Shown in pieces: positions 28,690 through 39,151 of a stretch of DNA of 64,000 nucleotides (positions within the stretch are counted from its first letter, which is position 1; each line of letters starts with the position of its first letter). The DNA comes from Ruminococcaceae bacterium UBA1036. GTDB taxonomy: Bacteria > Bacillota > Clostridia > Oscillospirales > Acutalibacteraceae. Under the pieces are notes generated by a model. It worked only from the letters and a program-made list of their open reading frames with translations, searched no databases and was not told the origin of the DNA. A program made the position numbers and the translations under genes. The DNA is taken from NCBI GenBank assembly GCA_002316805.1, contig DCEF01000010.1:137687-201686 (forward strand), read 5' to 3'.

Positions 28690-30387
28690 TTACCGATGCA
28701 AATCTTTACGGCTGTTTTCTTCCTGTGCCATCTGAAGCATTTCTTCAGCATTTTTCATTGTCAGCGGCGTTATCCTTGCGCCACCCATAATGCGCGCAAG
28801 CTCTTTGATGCGGCCTTCCCTGCCAAGCTCCGAAATCTCAGTATAAGTCCTGCCGTCATGCACTTCTTTGCTTACAAGGTACTGTGCATCAGCAAGAGCG
28901 GCTATCTGTGCAAGGTGCGTAACACAGATTACCTGCCGGTTTTCAGAAACTTCGTGCAGCTTAAGGCCGATTTTCTGCGCTGCATTTCCGCTCACGCCTG
29001 CGTCAATTTCATCAAAAATTAGCGTGCCGACTTCATCCCTGCCTGCAAGAACCGTCTTGATTGCGAGCATTATGCGTGAGAGCTCGCCGCCGGAAGCTAT
29101 TTTTGCAATCGGTTTTGCGGGCTCGCCTGCGTTTGCAGAAATCAGAAATTCCACGCGGTCGCAGCCGTTTGCATTTAATGGGCAGCGTTCCTGTTTTACT
29201 TCAAATGAAACATGCGGCATATTCAAAAACTCGAGTTCTTTTTTAATCTGAGCCGAAAACTCATGTGCAGCTTTGCTGCGCCATTCGGAAATTTCAAGTG
29301 CAATGCGCTCGGCTTTTTCTTTGCTCTTTTTATATTCTTTTCTCAGGTTGGCGGCTGATTCATCTGAAGTTTTTATTCTCGCAAGCTCCGCTTTGCTCTT
29401 GTTAAGGAACTTTATCATAGCTTCTACCGAGCCGCCGTATTTAAGGCCAAGGCGGTAAAGCGTATCGAGCCGCGCCTCAATACGGTCAAGCTCAGCCGGG
29501 TCATATTCAAGCTGGTCTTCATATCCGCTGAGCTCACCGGCACAGTCTTCAAGGTCATAGGAAATATTCTGCAGGCGCTCAGCCGTCTTGCTAAGCTCAG
29601 GCAGATATTGTGAAGCACCGCTCAGAGCGTCGGCAGCATTAGAAACTGCGGAAGCGGCACCTTCCGCTTCATCGTCGCCGTTAAGCGTTGTTTTTGCTTG
29701 AGCAACGGCGGAAGCAATTTTTTCACTGTTGCGATACATTGACCTTCTGCGTTCCAGTTCTTCCTGCTCGCCCGGCTTGAGGCCTGCTCCTTCAAGCTCG
29801 CCAATTTCGTAGTCAAGCAAATCGATTTGGCGGGCTTTTTGTGACTCGTCCATATTAATGGAATCAAGTTCAGCGTGCAGCTTTTGCATTTCTGAGTAAT
29901 ACTCAGAATACCTGCTGAAAAGTTCCTTCGGCAGGCCCATGCTGTCAAGATAGGCAAGATGGTTTTCCGGCGAAAGCAGGCCGTAGTTTTCATGCTGGCC
30001 GTGAATATTTACAAGCAGAGAGGCAACCTGCTTTAGTACTGATACGGTTGCAGGGCGGCCGTTTATGCGACATGATGATTTCGAATCTGCGCTTATTTCC
30101 CGCTGAATGACAAGCGTACCGTCATCCTCAGCCTCATAGCCGCAGTCTGTTAGTTTCTGCAGCGCGCGCTTTCCAACGTCTGTGAAAACGGCGCTAACAC
30201 AAGCGGACTTTGCACCAGTCCTAATCATTTCACGGGAAGTCCGCTCACCAAGGATAGCGTGTATAGAATCTATAAGTATTGATTTTCCTGCGCCTGTTTC
30301 GCCAGTAAGTGCACTAAACCCGCCCCGGAAATCTATGCTGGCTTTTTCTATTACCGCAACATTTTCAATATAAAGCTGCGACAACAT
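28690..30387 (-). CDS. recN: DNA repair protein RecN
   Basis: TGETGAGKS, IHGQH, ASGGELSR, IFDEIDAG, VTHLAQ. Confidence 0.96.
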   Translation of the reverse strand: MLSQLYIENVAVIEKASIDFRGGFSALTGETGAGKSILIDSIHAILGERTSREMIRTGAKSACVSAVFTDVGKRALQKLTDCGYEAEDDGTLVIQREISADSKSSCRINGRPATVSVLKQVASLLVNIHGQHENYGLLSPENHLAYLDSMGLPKELFSRYSEYYSEMQKLHAELDSINMDESQKARQIDLLDYEIGELEGAGLKPGEQEELERRRSMYRNSEKIASAVAQAKTTLNGDDEAEGAASAVSNAADALSGASQYLPELSKTAERLQNISYDLEDCAGELSGYEDQLEYDPAELDRIEARLDTLYRLGLKYGGSVEAMIKFLNKSKAELARIKTSDESAANLRKEYKKSKEKAERIALEISEWRSKAAHEFSAQIKKELEFLNMPHVSFEVKQERCPLNANGCDRVEFLISANAGEPAKPIAKIASGGELSRIMLAIKTVLAGRDEVGTLIFDEIDAGVSGNAAQKIGLKLHEVSENRQVICVTHLAQIAALADAQYLVSKEVHDGRTYTEISELGREGRIKELARIMGGARITPLTMKNAEEMLQMAQEENSRKDLHR

Positions 30388-30391
30388 AAAA

Positions 30392-30841
30392 TCACCTGAC
30401 CATCTTTTTCAATTCACCGGCAATAAAGGCAGCCTTTTCCTCGGATTTCATAAGGATGAAAATGGTGTCGTCTCCGGCAATAGTCCCCACTACGTCGTCC
30501 CATGGAAAGGAATCCATCGCCGCACACACGGCATTAGCTGTGCCGGTATGGCACTTGACACATGCGATGTTCTGTGCCCAGTCTACTGAAACTGCAGAAT
30601 TAATAAAAATCGACCTGAATTTTTCAGCCGTTTCCCTTTTCTCTTCCTTTGGTTTTGCGTAGCGGTAGCGCCCGCCTGACGAAAGCATTTTTACAAGGCG
30701 CAACTCTTTTATGTCGCGTGAAACAGTTGCCTGCGTTACATCCAATCCAGCTTCACGCAGACGCTTAAGAAGTTCTTCCTGTGTATCTATAGGGTATTTT
30801 TCAATCAGCTCCATGATTTTTTCATGGCGCTTTTTTTTCAT
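30392..30841 (-). CDS. argR: Arginine repressor
   Basis: TQEEL, TQATVSRDIKEL, GTIAGDDT. Confidence 0.96.
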   Translation of the reverse strand: MKKKRHEKIMELIEKYPIDTQEELLKRLREAGLDVTQATVSRDIKELRLVKMLSSGGRYRYAKPKEEKRETAEKFRSIFINSAVSVDWAQNIACVKCHTGTANAVCAAMDSFPWDDVVGTIAGDDTIFILMKSEEKAAFIAGELKKMVR

Positions 30842-31701
30842 GTTTCATACCTCCCATCGCCAAGTTTTTGGCTTACGATATCATAAAAATTGTGGTTTTT
30901 AAGCCTTACGATTTTAGCTGTTTTCTCAGAACGGCTGAATTCTATACGTTTCTTTGGGTCTACCCTAACTGATATCTGGCCATCCATAGTTAGGTACGCT
31001 TCACTTGGAGCCCTGAAATATGTCTGCACGCTGAGCTTTGCATTCGGCTCAAAAACTACAGGCCGCGTGAGAAGTGAATGGGCACATATAGGCGAAAGCA
31101 ATATGCACGCGAGCTGAGGGTCTATGATTGGCCCGCCGGCTGAAAGCGAATATGCAGTAGAGCCCGTCGGTGTTGCAAGAATAAGGCCGTCGCCGCAGTA
31201 TTCGCACACTGTCTGCCCATCAAGGGCAACACGGAAATCCGGAATTGGAGCAAGCGCTCCGCGTGAAATTACAGCATCATTCAGTGCCGAGCTTGTTTTC
31301 TCCACCCCCCTCTCCGTGTAATGTACATCAAGCATCATACGCTTTTCCACATGATAGTCTCCTGTGGCAAGTTTTTCAAGCTCGTCAAACTCATCTGTTT
31401 CAAGTTCGGCAAGAAAACCGAGCCTGCCGACATTCACTCCGAGAATTGGTTTGTTGAACTCTGCAGCATGCCTTGCGTTATGGATAATTGTTCCATCACC
31501 GCCAAGTGCAATCATCATGTCGCACGAGCGTATCATCTCGTTGAAATCGTCAAAAAACATGATATCGGGCCGGTCAAAAGCATGGCGTAGGCTGCTTTTC
31601 ATAAAAATCCCCGCGCCAAAACTTTGTAGGCGCTGTATAAGGCGATCCGTATGGTGGCGAGCCTGGCTTCGGCTTAGATTTGGCAGCACAGCGATTTTCA
31701 T
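30838..31701 (-). CDS. nadK: NAD kinase
   Basis: GGDGT, GRLGFL, LND, TPTGSTAYSLSAGG. Confidence 0.95.
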   Translation of the reverse strand: MKIAVLPNLSRSQARHHTDRLIQRLQSFGAGIFMKSSLRHAFDRPDIMFFDDFNEMIRSCDMMIALGGDGTIIHNARHAAEFNKPILGVNVGRLGFLAELETDEFDELEKLATGDYHVEKRMMLDVHYTERGVEKTSSALNDAVISRGALAPIPDFRVALDGQTVCEYCGDGLILATPTGSTAYSLSAGGPIIDPQLACILLSPICAHSLLTRPVVFEPNAKLSVQTYFRAPSEAYLTMDGQISVRVDPKKRIEFSRSEKTAKIVRLKNHNFYDIVSQKLGDGRYET

Positions 31702-32513
31702 GGTTTTTCACCGCCATTCAAAACACGGTGTGACTGCTCCACAAGCCCGTTGATATCCGGTACAGTACCGGAAGACGTTTTTGTTTTTCTTACATATAGC
31801 AGATATTCAATGTTGCCTTCAGGGCCTTTGACGGGTGAAAAGGTCAAGCCGAGAACCGAAAATCCATGCTGCAGAACAAAATCAATTATTTCACTTATAA
31901 CTTCGGCATGCACGGTTTTGTCGCGTACTACACCTTTTTTGCCAACCTTTTCTCTCCCGGCTTCAAACTGCGGTTTAATAAGGCATACGCCCTCACCGTT
32001 CTCTTTGAGAAATTTCCATGCTACAGGCAAGACAAGCTTCAGCGAAATAAAAGCAACATCTATGCTGAAAAAATCGACTTTTTCCGGCACCTGCTCCGAA
32101 GTCACGTAGCGCACATTAGTACGTTCGAGATTTACAACACGCGGGTCTGTCCGCAGTTTCCATGCAAGCTGACCGTAGCCGACATCAATAGAATAGACTT
32201 TCACTGCGCCATTCTGCAGCATGCAGTCAGTAAAACCACCGGTAGAAGCACCTATATCCATAGCAATTTTGTCGTGCAGATCAATCGAAAAAGTTTTCAG
32301 TGCTTTTTCAAGTTTTAGTCCTCCACGGCTTACATACGGGAGTGTCTTTCCCCTGATTTCTATTTTTACTGACTCAGGCAGCATTGTGCCAGGCTTATCT
32401 TCTTTCTGGCCATCAACATAAACATTACCCATCATTACGGCAATTTTTGCTTTTTCTCTGCTTTCTGTGAGTCCGTGCTCATAAATCAAGCAATCAAGTC
32501 TTTTTTTTGTCAT
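31698..32513 (-). CDS. tlyA: TlyA family rRNA 2'-O-methyltransferase
   Basis: S4 domain, YVSRGGLKL, DIGASTGGFTD, LIKPQFE. Confidence 0.95.
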   Translation of the reverse strand: MTKKRLDCLIYEHGLTESREKAKIAVMMGNVYVDGQKEDKPGTMLPESVKIEIRGKTLPYVSRGGLKLEKALKTFSIDLHDKIAMDIGASTGGFTDCMLQNGAVKVYSIDVGYGQLAWKLRTDPRVVNLERTNVRYVTSEQVPEKVDFFSIDVAFISLKLVLPVAWKFLKENGEGVCLIKPQFEAGREKVGKKGVVRDKTVHAEVISEIIDFVLQHGFSVLGLTFSPVKGPEGNIEYLLYVRKTKTSSGTVPDINGLVEQSHRVLNGGEKP

Positions 32514-34368
32514 TTTCTGCGCACCCCGCCAAAATCATTTGTACCATTCCGTTGTCGTCAAGGCCAAGAGATGCCAATCCTTCCCCCATAGTCTGCTGCG
32601 GCACGAATCCATTTACTCCACGCAGATAAAATTTCCCAGAAAATTCCTCCTGGCTGAGAAGGTAGCAAAAATGTTCGCCAATCCCTCCATGGGTAATTCC
32701 TTCTTCAAAGAAAAAGATCATATCTGCAGCAGCAGCACGTTTTACGGCCCTGCTGTCAACCGGGCAGATCCTGTTAAGTTTTATTATTAATACGGAAATA
32801 TTTTTCTGTTTGAGCCGCGAGCAGGCCAAACATGCGAATGAAAAAAGCCTGCCATAAGTAACGAGCACAATTTTTGCCTTTATGTCACCGTAGCAGTCGA
32901 ACGGTTCTCCCTGCGGCTGAAAATCATATGGCCTGAAGAGCTGCCCCCCGCGAGGGTAGCGTACTGCGGCAATTCCATTGCTCTCATAAAGCGCCATGCG
33001 CAGGCACATCTTAAGCTCATCATAGTAAGCTGGGGCGTAAACGGCAATACCCGGAATCGTACTAAGATATGCAGCATCAAAAATGCCCTGATGTGTCTGA
33101 CCGTCTTCACCGACTATGCCCGCATGGTCAACAGCCAAAACGACTTTGACTTTCTGCAGTGAGATATCATGTATAATCTGGTCATATCCACGCTGAAGAA
33201 AAGAAGAGTAAACTGCAAAAACAGGGAGCATGCCGCCCGTAGCAAGGCCTCCACAAAAAGTGAGTGCATGCTCTTCCGCAATTCCTATATCAAAAAAGCG
33301 TTTTGAAAATTTTTCTGCAAACTCCGTAAGGCCCGTACCTGATTTCATAGCTGCTGTAATACCGCATATGCGCTGATCTTTTTCCGCAAACTCGCAGAGA
33401 AAGCGGCCAAAAGAAGATGAAAAGCTTGTGCCTGACGATAAAGCCTTGCCCGTCTTTATATCAAATTTAGAAACGCCGTGGAACGCATCCGGGTTATGTT
33501 CTGCAAAAGGGTATCCTCTTCCCTTTTGGGTGATTACATGCAGCAGTACTGGATGCTCAATGCTCTTTACGTTTGTAAATACCTCAATCAGTTTGTCCAC
33601 GTCATGGCCGTCAAACGGGCCGTAATAGTAAAAGCCCATGTCTTCAAAAATTGTACTGTTGTACATAAGCTGCTTCATCACAGCCTTTGTGCGGGTAAGT
33701 GCGTGATGCATTGGCTTTCCTATCCCAGGTATCTGGTCAAGCACCTTTTCCACATTCCCTTTAATGCGGAAATATGACGGCTCTGTACGTATCTTTGCAA
33801 GGTAGCGTGCCATGGAACCGACATTGCGCGAAATAGACATTTTATTGTCATTTAAAACAACGATAAAATTTTTTTTAAACCGGCCGGCGTTGTTCAAGCC
33901 CTCATACGCAAGGCCGCCGGTCAAGGCACCGTCGCCTATTACTGCGACTACATAACCATCTTCACCTGCCAGATCCTTAGCTTCAGCAAGCCCTAAAGCA
34001 GATGAAATTGATGTGCTGCTGTGGCCGCTTGTAAACGGATCGTAAGGACTCTCCTCCCTGTTTGGAAAACCGGAAAGGCCGTTTTTTTTTCGGATGGTAG
34101 AAATGCGACCCCCACGTCCCGTCAGCATCTTATGGGTATACGACTGATGGCCTACGTCCCACACGATCCTATCTTTTTCGGAATTAAAAACGCGGTGGAG
34201 CGCAACCGTCAGCTCAACCACTCCAAGGTTCGAGGCAAGGTGTCCACCGTTGGAAGCCACCGTCCTTATAATGCGGACTCTAATTTCAGAGCAAAGTTCC
34301 TTCAGCTGCCCCGATGACAGCTTTTTTAAATCTTTTGGAGAATGTATCGTATCCAAAAGGCCTTTCAT
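32494..34368 (-). CDS. dxs: 1-deoxy-D-xylulose-5-phosphate synthase
   Basis: GGHLASNLGVVE, WDVGHQ, GHSSTSIS, IGDGA...EGLNN, NDN, GIAEEHA. Confidence 0.95.
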   Translation of the reverse strand: MKGLLDTIHSPKDLKKLSSGQLKELCSEIRVRIIRTVASNGGHLASNLGVVELTVALHRVFNSEKDRIVWDVGHQSYTHKMLTGRGGRISTIRKKNGLSGFPNREESPYDPFTSGHSSTSISSALGLAEAKDLAGEDGYVVAVIGDGALTGGLAYEGLNNAGRFKKNFIVVLNDNKMSISRNVGSMARYLAKIRTEPSYFRIKGNVEKVLDQIPGIGKPMHHALTRTKAVMKQLMYNSTIFEDMGFYYYGPFDGHDVDKLIEVFTNVKSIEHPVLLHVITQKGRGYPFAEHNPDAFHGVSKFDIKTGKALSSGTSFSSSFGRFLCEFAEKDQRICGITAAMKSGTGLTEFAEKFSKRFFDIGIAEEHALTFCGGLATGGMLPVFAVYSSFLQRGYDQIIHDISLQKVKVVLAVDHAGIVGEDGQTHQGIFDAAYLSTIPGIAVYAPAYYDELKMCLRMALYESNGIAAVRYPRGGQLFRPYDFQPQGEPFDCYGDIKAKIVLVTYGRLFSFACLACSRLKQKNISVLIIKLNRICPVDSRAVKRAAAADMIFFFEEGITHGGIGEHFCYLLSQEEFSGKFYLRGVNGFVPQQTMGEGLASLGLDDNGMVQMILAGCAENDKKKT

Positions 34369-34381
34369 CCCAACACCTTCG

Positions 34382-35245
34382 TCATTTGAGTACAGGGATT
34401 CCATTCTGGAGCTTTGCAGCAGTTACAGTGTTTTTAAGCAGCATTGCAATGGTCATTGGGCCAACTCCACCCGGCACTGGTGTGATGTATGAAGCTTTTT
34501 GCTGTACCTTTTCAAAGTCTACGTCACCGCAAAGCTTTCCGTTGCTGCTGCGGTTCATGCCAACATCTATCACAACAGCACCTGGCTTGACCATATCTTC
34601 AGTAATGAATTTAGGTTTTCCGACTGCAGAAACGAGAATATCAGCCTGCACACAATAATATTTTAGATTTTGTGTTTTAATATGGCAGATGGTTACGGTG
34701 CCGTTCGCATTTAGAAACAGCATTGCCATCGGCTTGCCAACTATGTTGCTCCTGCCAACTACTACGCAGTGCTTTCCTTCTATTGAAATGGATTCACGGT
34801 GAAGCATCTCCATAATTCCAGCAGGTGTGCATGGGGTAAACCTGGGATTCCCAATTGAGATTCTCCCCACATTGCTCGGGTGGAATGCGTCTACGTCTTT
34901 CATAGGGTCTATTGTCTCAATAACAGCATCTTCATTAAGGCTGTTTGGCAGAGGCAGCTGGACGAGTATCCCGTTTATCTCTTTCTTGCGGTTCAGCCGT
35001 GACACAAGCTCCAGCAGTTCTTCCTGCTTTGCGGTCTCCGGCAGAGTATACTCCTCCGAATAAATTCCCGTTGCGGCACATGCTTTTTTCTTGTTGTTTA
35101 CATATATACGTGAAGCTGGGTCATTTCCGACAAGCACAACTGCAAGGCCCGGTATGATTCCGCGTTTTTTAAGTTTCCGCGCCTCCACGGCAACCTCTGC
35201 CTTTACTTCTGCGGAAATGGCTTTACCATTGATAATCTTCGACAT
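34382..35245 (-). CDS. folD: Methylenetetrahydrofolate dehydrogenase/cyclohydrolase
   Basis: YVNNK, GILVQLPLP, KDVDAFH, PCTP, GRSNIVGKP, TPVPGGVGPMT. Confidence 0.96.
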   Translation of the reverse strand: MSKIINGKAISAEVKAEVAVEARKLKKRGIIPGLAVVLVGNDPASRIYVNNKKKACAATGIYSEEYTLPETAKQEELLELVSRLNRKKEINGILVQLPLPNSLNEDAVIETIDPMKDVDAFHPSNVGRISIGNPRFTPCTPAGIMEMLHRESISIEGKHCVVVGRSNIVGKPMAMLFLNANGTVTICHIKTQNLKYYCVQADILVSAVGKPKFITEDMVKPGAVVIDVGMNRSSNGKLCGDVDFEKVQQKASYITPVPGGVGPMTIAMLLKNTVTAAKLQNGIPVLK

Positions 35246-35340
35246 ACATGCCATCCATCCTTTCTTGCAGCAGACCCGGTCAAGCGCAATAAGCCAACCC
35301 GGCCCAAAAACCGCCATACCATACCCAAAATTTATTTATC

Positions 35341-36387
35341 TTATTTTTCCGGCCTTTCTTCATCTTTTTCATGGCCGCTCTTTTCAGCCTGTGCTGCAAT
35401 ACCTGCGCTGTTTTCATCTTTTTGGACGGAATCACCGGCAAGAACTTTTGCGGCGTCCTCCTTATTTTCGAATATTGTGCTTGTTCCATCGTCCACTTCT
35501 TCAGCACTTTCTTCTTTTTTCGGTGCCTGCTCCACTTCGTCAGCAATCGAGTTGAGCTCCATTATCTTTGGTGAGCCACACCCTGTCAGTACTGTCCTGT
35601 TGCGGAACACAATAAGTAAGATGACCGAAACTATAACAGCAGCAGCCGCTATGACCTGAGAAACACGTAGCGGGATATATGGCGTAACAAGGCTGTCTGT
35701 GCGCAGGCCTTCCACCCAGAAGCGCTCAAAGCCGTACCAGAGGCTGTAAAGAAGGAAGACCTGCCCGTCATACCTTCTGAATTTGCGACTGAATATGTGA
35801 AGCAGTATAAATCCAAGCAGGCACCAGGTCGACTCATATAGGAAGCATGGGTGGACACCCGTAGATGAAACTGAAACTGTGTTTTCACTTACCATGCGCC
35901 ACGGCAGTGTAGTGCCTACGCCAAATGCTTCCTGATTGACGAAATTGCCCCAGCGGCCAACGCTTTGCCCAATCAAAAAGCCAAGAGAAGCAAGGTCGAA
36001 CATAGCCGGTATACTTATTTTTCTGTGCTTTGCCATAAGCGCACCGCAGAGCAGGCCGCCTATGATGCCGCCGTAAATGCCAAGGCCGCCTTCCCATATA
36101 TAGAAAGCACTCATCGGATTGCTCCTGTACTGGCTGCTGGCATCAAACAGCACATAATAGAGCCGTGCGCCAATTACGCCGCCAATCATGCCGACAATCA
36201 CACAATCGATAAATTTATCTTCATCTACATGGAAATGCTTGCAGCTCTTCACCGTATACAACAGTGCGAGGAGGAAGCCCACCGCAATGATGATGCCGTA
36301 CCAGGCAAAAGCGTGCCCGCCTACAGTAAATGCCGTAGGATTTACAGTTATATTGATTCCAAGGCCCGGAAATTCAACATGATACAT
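35341..36387 (-). CDS. lgt: Prolipoprotein diacylglyceryl transferase
   Basis: WYG, GARLYY, WEGGLGIYGG, GRWGNFVNQE, HPCFLYES, EGLRTD; acidic C-terminal tail. Confidence 0.94.
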   Translation of the reverse strand: MYHVEFPGLGINITVNPTAFTVGGHAFAWYGIIIAVGFLLALLYTVKSCKHFHVDEDKFIDCVIVGMIGGVIGARLYYVLFDASSQYRSNPMSAFYIWEGGLGIYGGIIGGLLCGALMAKHRKISIPAMFDLASLGFLIGQSVGRWGNFVNQEAFGVGTTLPWRMVSENTVSVSSTGVHPCFLYESTWCLLGFILLHIFSRKFRRYDGQVFLLYSLWYGFERFWVEGLRTDSLVTPYIPLRVSQVIAAAAVIVSVILLIVFRNRTVLTGCGSPKIMELNSIADEVEQAPKKEESAEEVDDGTSTIFENKEDAAKVLAGDSVQKDENSAGIAAQAEKSGHEKDEERPEK

Positions 36388-36429
36388 ACGTATTTTCACT
36401 TCTCTACTTTGAATTTTATGTTTAAAACT

Positions 36430-37710
36430 TCAGCTTTCCGGCCTTACAATGGAAATTGCAGACGTTTCAGGCCTAAGCTGAGTCTTAAGCCGTGCCATAA
36501 CAGAATCTGCGTCGGCTTCCGCCACAGCGTCGATATAAGAAAACAACTCCCGCCCCGCAAATGCAAACGAAATTATGGAATTTGCAATATTGCTTACACT
36601 GTTCAGCGCGGCGATGCTGCTTCCGTAAATCATGTTTTTCGCGCAGTCAAATGCTTTACGGCTTATTCCATCCCTGCGCAGTTTCACTATTTCCTGGTTT
36701 ATGCGCTCTGCAACAGCATCAGGGTCGCGCGATTCACCTGAAAAAATCACAGATGCAAAGCCCGGGCCTTCAAAATACTGCTGGCCAAACGACGCTTCGT
36801 TTATGATCCCGTCATCGAGCAGGCTGCGGTAAAGCGGTGACGCCGGCGAAGCAAGGGCTTTCAGAAGGATATCAGTTTCAGCAAGCTCTTTAGAAGATGC
36901 CCTGCCGCCGCTGACAGGCTCTTTAAAACCGAGCTCAAAAATTGGCAGCGAAACAGGCAGCTTTTCTTCCGAGCGGGTACGGGCAACACTCTCAGGCTCC
37001 GGTGCAAAAATTCTCTCAACAGAAACAGGCTTCGAAGGTTTCAGCATTTTGTCGCATATTGAAAGCACGCGGTCTGTGTCAAAATTCCCAGCAATGCACA
37101 GCGCCATATTATTTAGGTTATAGAAAGTATTGTAGCATTTATAAAGCAGCTCAGGCGTGATTTTCGCTATGCTTTCGGTCGTTCCCGCAATATCGATCTT
37201 AACCGGGTGAGTATGGTAAAGGTTGCCAAGCAGGTCAAACATCACACGCCACTGGGGATCGTCGTCATACATCCGTATTTCCTGCCCTATAATGCCCTGC
37301 TCTTTTTTTACCGTCTTATCGGTAAAGTAAGGTGACTGCACAAAATCAAGTAGTATTTCAAGTGAATCGTAGAAATGGCTTGTACATGAAAACAGGTAAC
37401 ATGTCATGTCGAAAGACGTGTAGGCATTCGCGCATGCGCCAGTTTTTGCATAGCGCACAAAAGCATCGCCGTCTGCGCTTTCAAAAAGCTTGTGCTCGAG
37501 GTAATGGGCAATGCCGTTTGGCACCGTCTGCGGCTCTGTCTCATCAGACCTGCGAAAACAGTTGTCTATTGAACCGTATTTCGTGCCGAATATGGCAAAT
37601 GTGGAGCTGCTCTTCTTAGGGTAAAGATAAATTTTCAGGCCGGAAGGATGGTTTACTGTATAGTATAAATCATCTGTGCGGGCGCTTTTGATTTTCTCTA
37701 TTTCACTCAT
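36430..37710 (-). CDS. M16 family zinc peptidase (YmfH-like)
   Basis: GIAHYLEHKLF (HxxEH), NAYTS, KEQGIIGQEI. Confidence 0.92.
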   Translation of the reverse strand: MSEIEKIKSARTDDLYYTVNHPSGLKIYLYPKKSSSTFAIFGTKYGSIDNCFRRSDETEPQTVPNGIAHYLEHKLFESADGDAFVRYAKTGACANAYTSFDMTCYLFSCTSHFYDSLEILLDFVQSPYFTDKTVKKEQGIIGQEIRMYDDDPQWRVMFDLLGNLYHTHPVKIDIAGTTESIAKITPELLYKCYNTFYNLNNMALCIAGNFDTDRVLSICDKMLKPSKPVSVERIFAPEPESVARTRSEEKLPVSLPIFELGFKEPVSGGRASSKELAETDILLKALASPASPLYRSLLDDGIINEASFGQQYFEGPGFASVIFSGESRDPDAVAERINQEIVKLRRDGISRKAFDCAKNMIYGSSIAALNSVSNIANSIISFAFAGRELFSYIDAVAEADADSVMARLKTQLRPETSAISIVRPES

Positions 37711-38990
37711 TTGAATTTCCCCCGTTCCCCCGTAAGGCGGTAAACTGTGTCGAGCTCAACTTTCTGCGCCGCTTCCGTAATCTGGCTGCGCGTCACGCCG
37801 TTTATCGTCTCAGCTTCATGTTCAGGCGTGCAGAGCGGATCCGAAAATGTCTTTGAAAGGTACCACCCTTCGAGAGCCTCAAGGGAATCAGAAACAGTGT
37901 GGTAAAGGTTGCAAAGGCTCAGCTTTGCCTCATCAATTTCTTCGTCTGTGAATTTTCCATGTTTCATGTCATCAAGCTGTGCAATTATTTCATCTTTTGC
38001 ACGGCCTATATTTTTCTTTTCAACACCACTCTGGACAAACATAATACCCTTTATGGGGTTAAATGAAGAGCTGCAGTAATAGCACAGACTCATCTTTTCC
38101 CTTACATTCAAAAAAAGTTTGGAGTTAGGCGACCCGCCGTACATTGCGCTCATCAGCTTAACAGCAGGGACGGCTTTTTCAGGCTCCGCACATCCTGTGC
38201 GAAACCCCATCACAAGCTTAGACTGGACAACGTCCATTTTTTCCGTAATGTCCTTAGTTTCCCCCGCCTTTCTTACAACACAGCCTTTGTAGTTTCCAAT
38301 ATTTGCCCTTCCATGTTTTGCAAAAGCATCTGAAAAGCTGTGGAAAACAGGTTCGGGGTTGCAGTTGCCTAAAACCATTATTTCAGCAGGTGCGCTTTGA
38401 AGCATATACTCCCATGCAGCGGTCAAATCGCTGCGCTTTAAATTTTTGATTTCTTCTTTTGTTCCGAGCCTGCTCAGGCCGTATGGCTCTTTCGAGCACA
38501 TTATTTCCTGGCAGCGGCGGAACGCATATATCTGCTTGTCATTAAATTCGGAATCGAGCGTCTCCATAAGCTGGCGCTTTTCCTGCTCAAACCCTTCTTC
38601 TGGGAAAAGCCTGTCTGACATTTGCGGATCAAATACAACATCACATAGAAGGCGTGAAAGTTCCTCCGACATTTTTTCGCCGTGTAGGGCATAGCGGTCG
38701 GCAAGGCCGCTAACAAAAATTGAAAGCATCTGCACATCGCCGAGCTTTTGGATATCGGCATCAAGTTCGGCTCCGTAAAGTTCAGCCAGATGCTCATTCA
38801 GCTTTGTGAAATCAGGATATTTTTTGCATGAACGCGTAAGCAGAAAAGGCAACAATGCATTTTTTGCTGCAGTCTCTTTTTTAAGCGGAAGTAAAAAATT
38901 TATTGAAATACGTGCCGTTTTAAAACGGCTGTCACGGATACTGCGAAAATTAATACCACTGCATACTGAGCGTTTTTGGACTTCTTCCAT
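37707..38990 (-). CDS. M16 peptidase-like subunit, probably non-catalytic (YmfF-like)
   Basis: RFKT, QSKLVMG, SKLFLNVREKMSLCYY; lacks HxxEH; paired with the YmfH-like gene. Confidence 0.88.
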   Translation of the reverse strand: MEEVQKRSVCSGINFRSIRDSRFKTARISINFLLPLKKETAAKNALLPFLLTRSCKKYPDFTKLNEHLAELYGAELDADIQKLGDVQMLSIFVSGLADRYALHGEKMSEELSRLLCDVVFDPQMSDRLFPEEGFEQEKRQLMETLDSEFNDKQIYAFRRCQEIMCSKEPYGLSRLGTKEEIKNLKRSDLTAAWEYMLQSAPAEIMVLGNCNPEPVFHSFSDAFAKHGRANIGNYKGCVVRKAGETKDITEKMDVVQSKLVMGFRTGCAEPEKAVPAVKLMSAMYGGSPNSKLFLNVREKMSLCYYCSSSFNPIKGIMFVQSGVEKKNIGRAKDEIIAQLDDMKHGKFTDEEIDEAKLSLCNLYHTVSDSLEALEGWYLSKTFSDPLCTPEHEAETINGVTRSQITEAAQKVELDTVYRLTGERGKFK

Positions 38991-39109
38991 TTACAAAATT
39001 CATCTCCCCACAGATTTGCTGTACGCTTAATTAATTATAACACACTTAGTAACTGTAGAAAAGGACAGAGTTGCTTTTGCCGAAAAATCATTGTCTGCTG
39101 TTAAAGTAT

Positions 39110-39140
39110 AAAAAACGGGGAGCGGGCCTACCGCTCCCCT
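39110..39140 (-). terminator. Intrinsic terminator after metY
   Basis: GGGGAGCGG-tagg c-CCGCTCCCC then GTTTTTT. Confidence 0.8.
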
Positions 39141-39151
39141 TATGTCATGCT

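Noticed and set aside
35246-35340. THF or ZTP riboswitch before folD
   Set aside because: Short G-rich spacer without recognisable consensus elements
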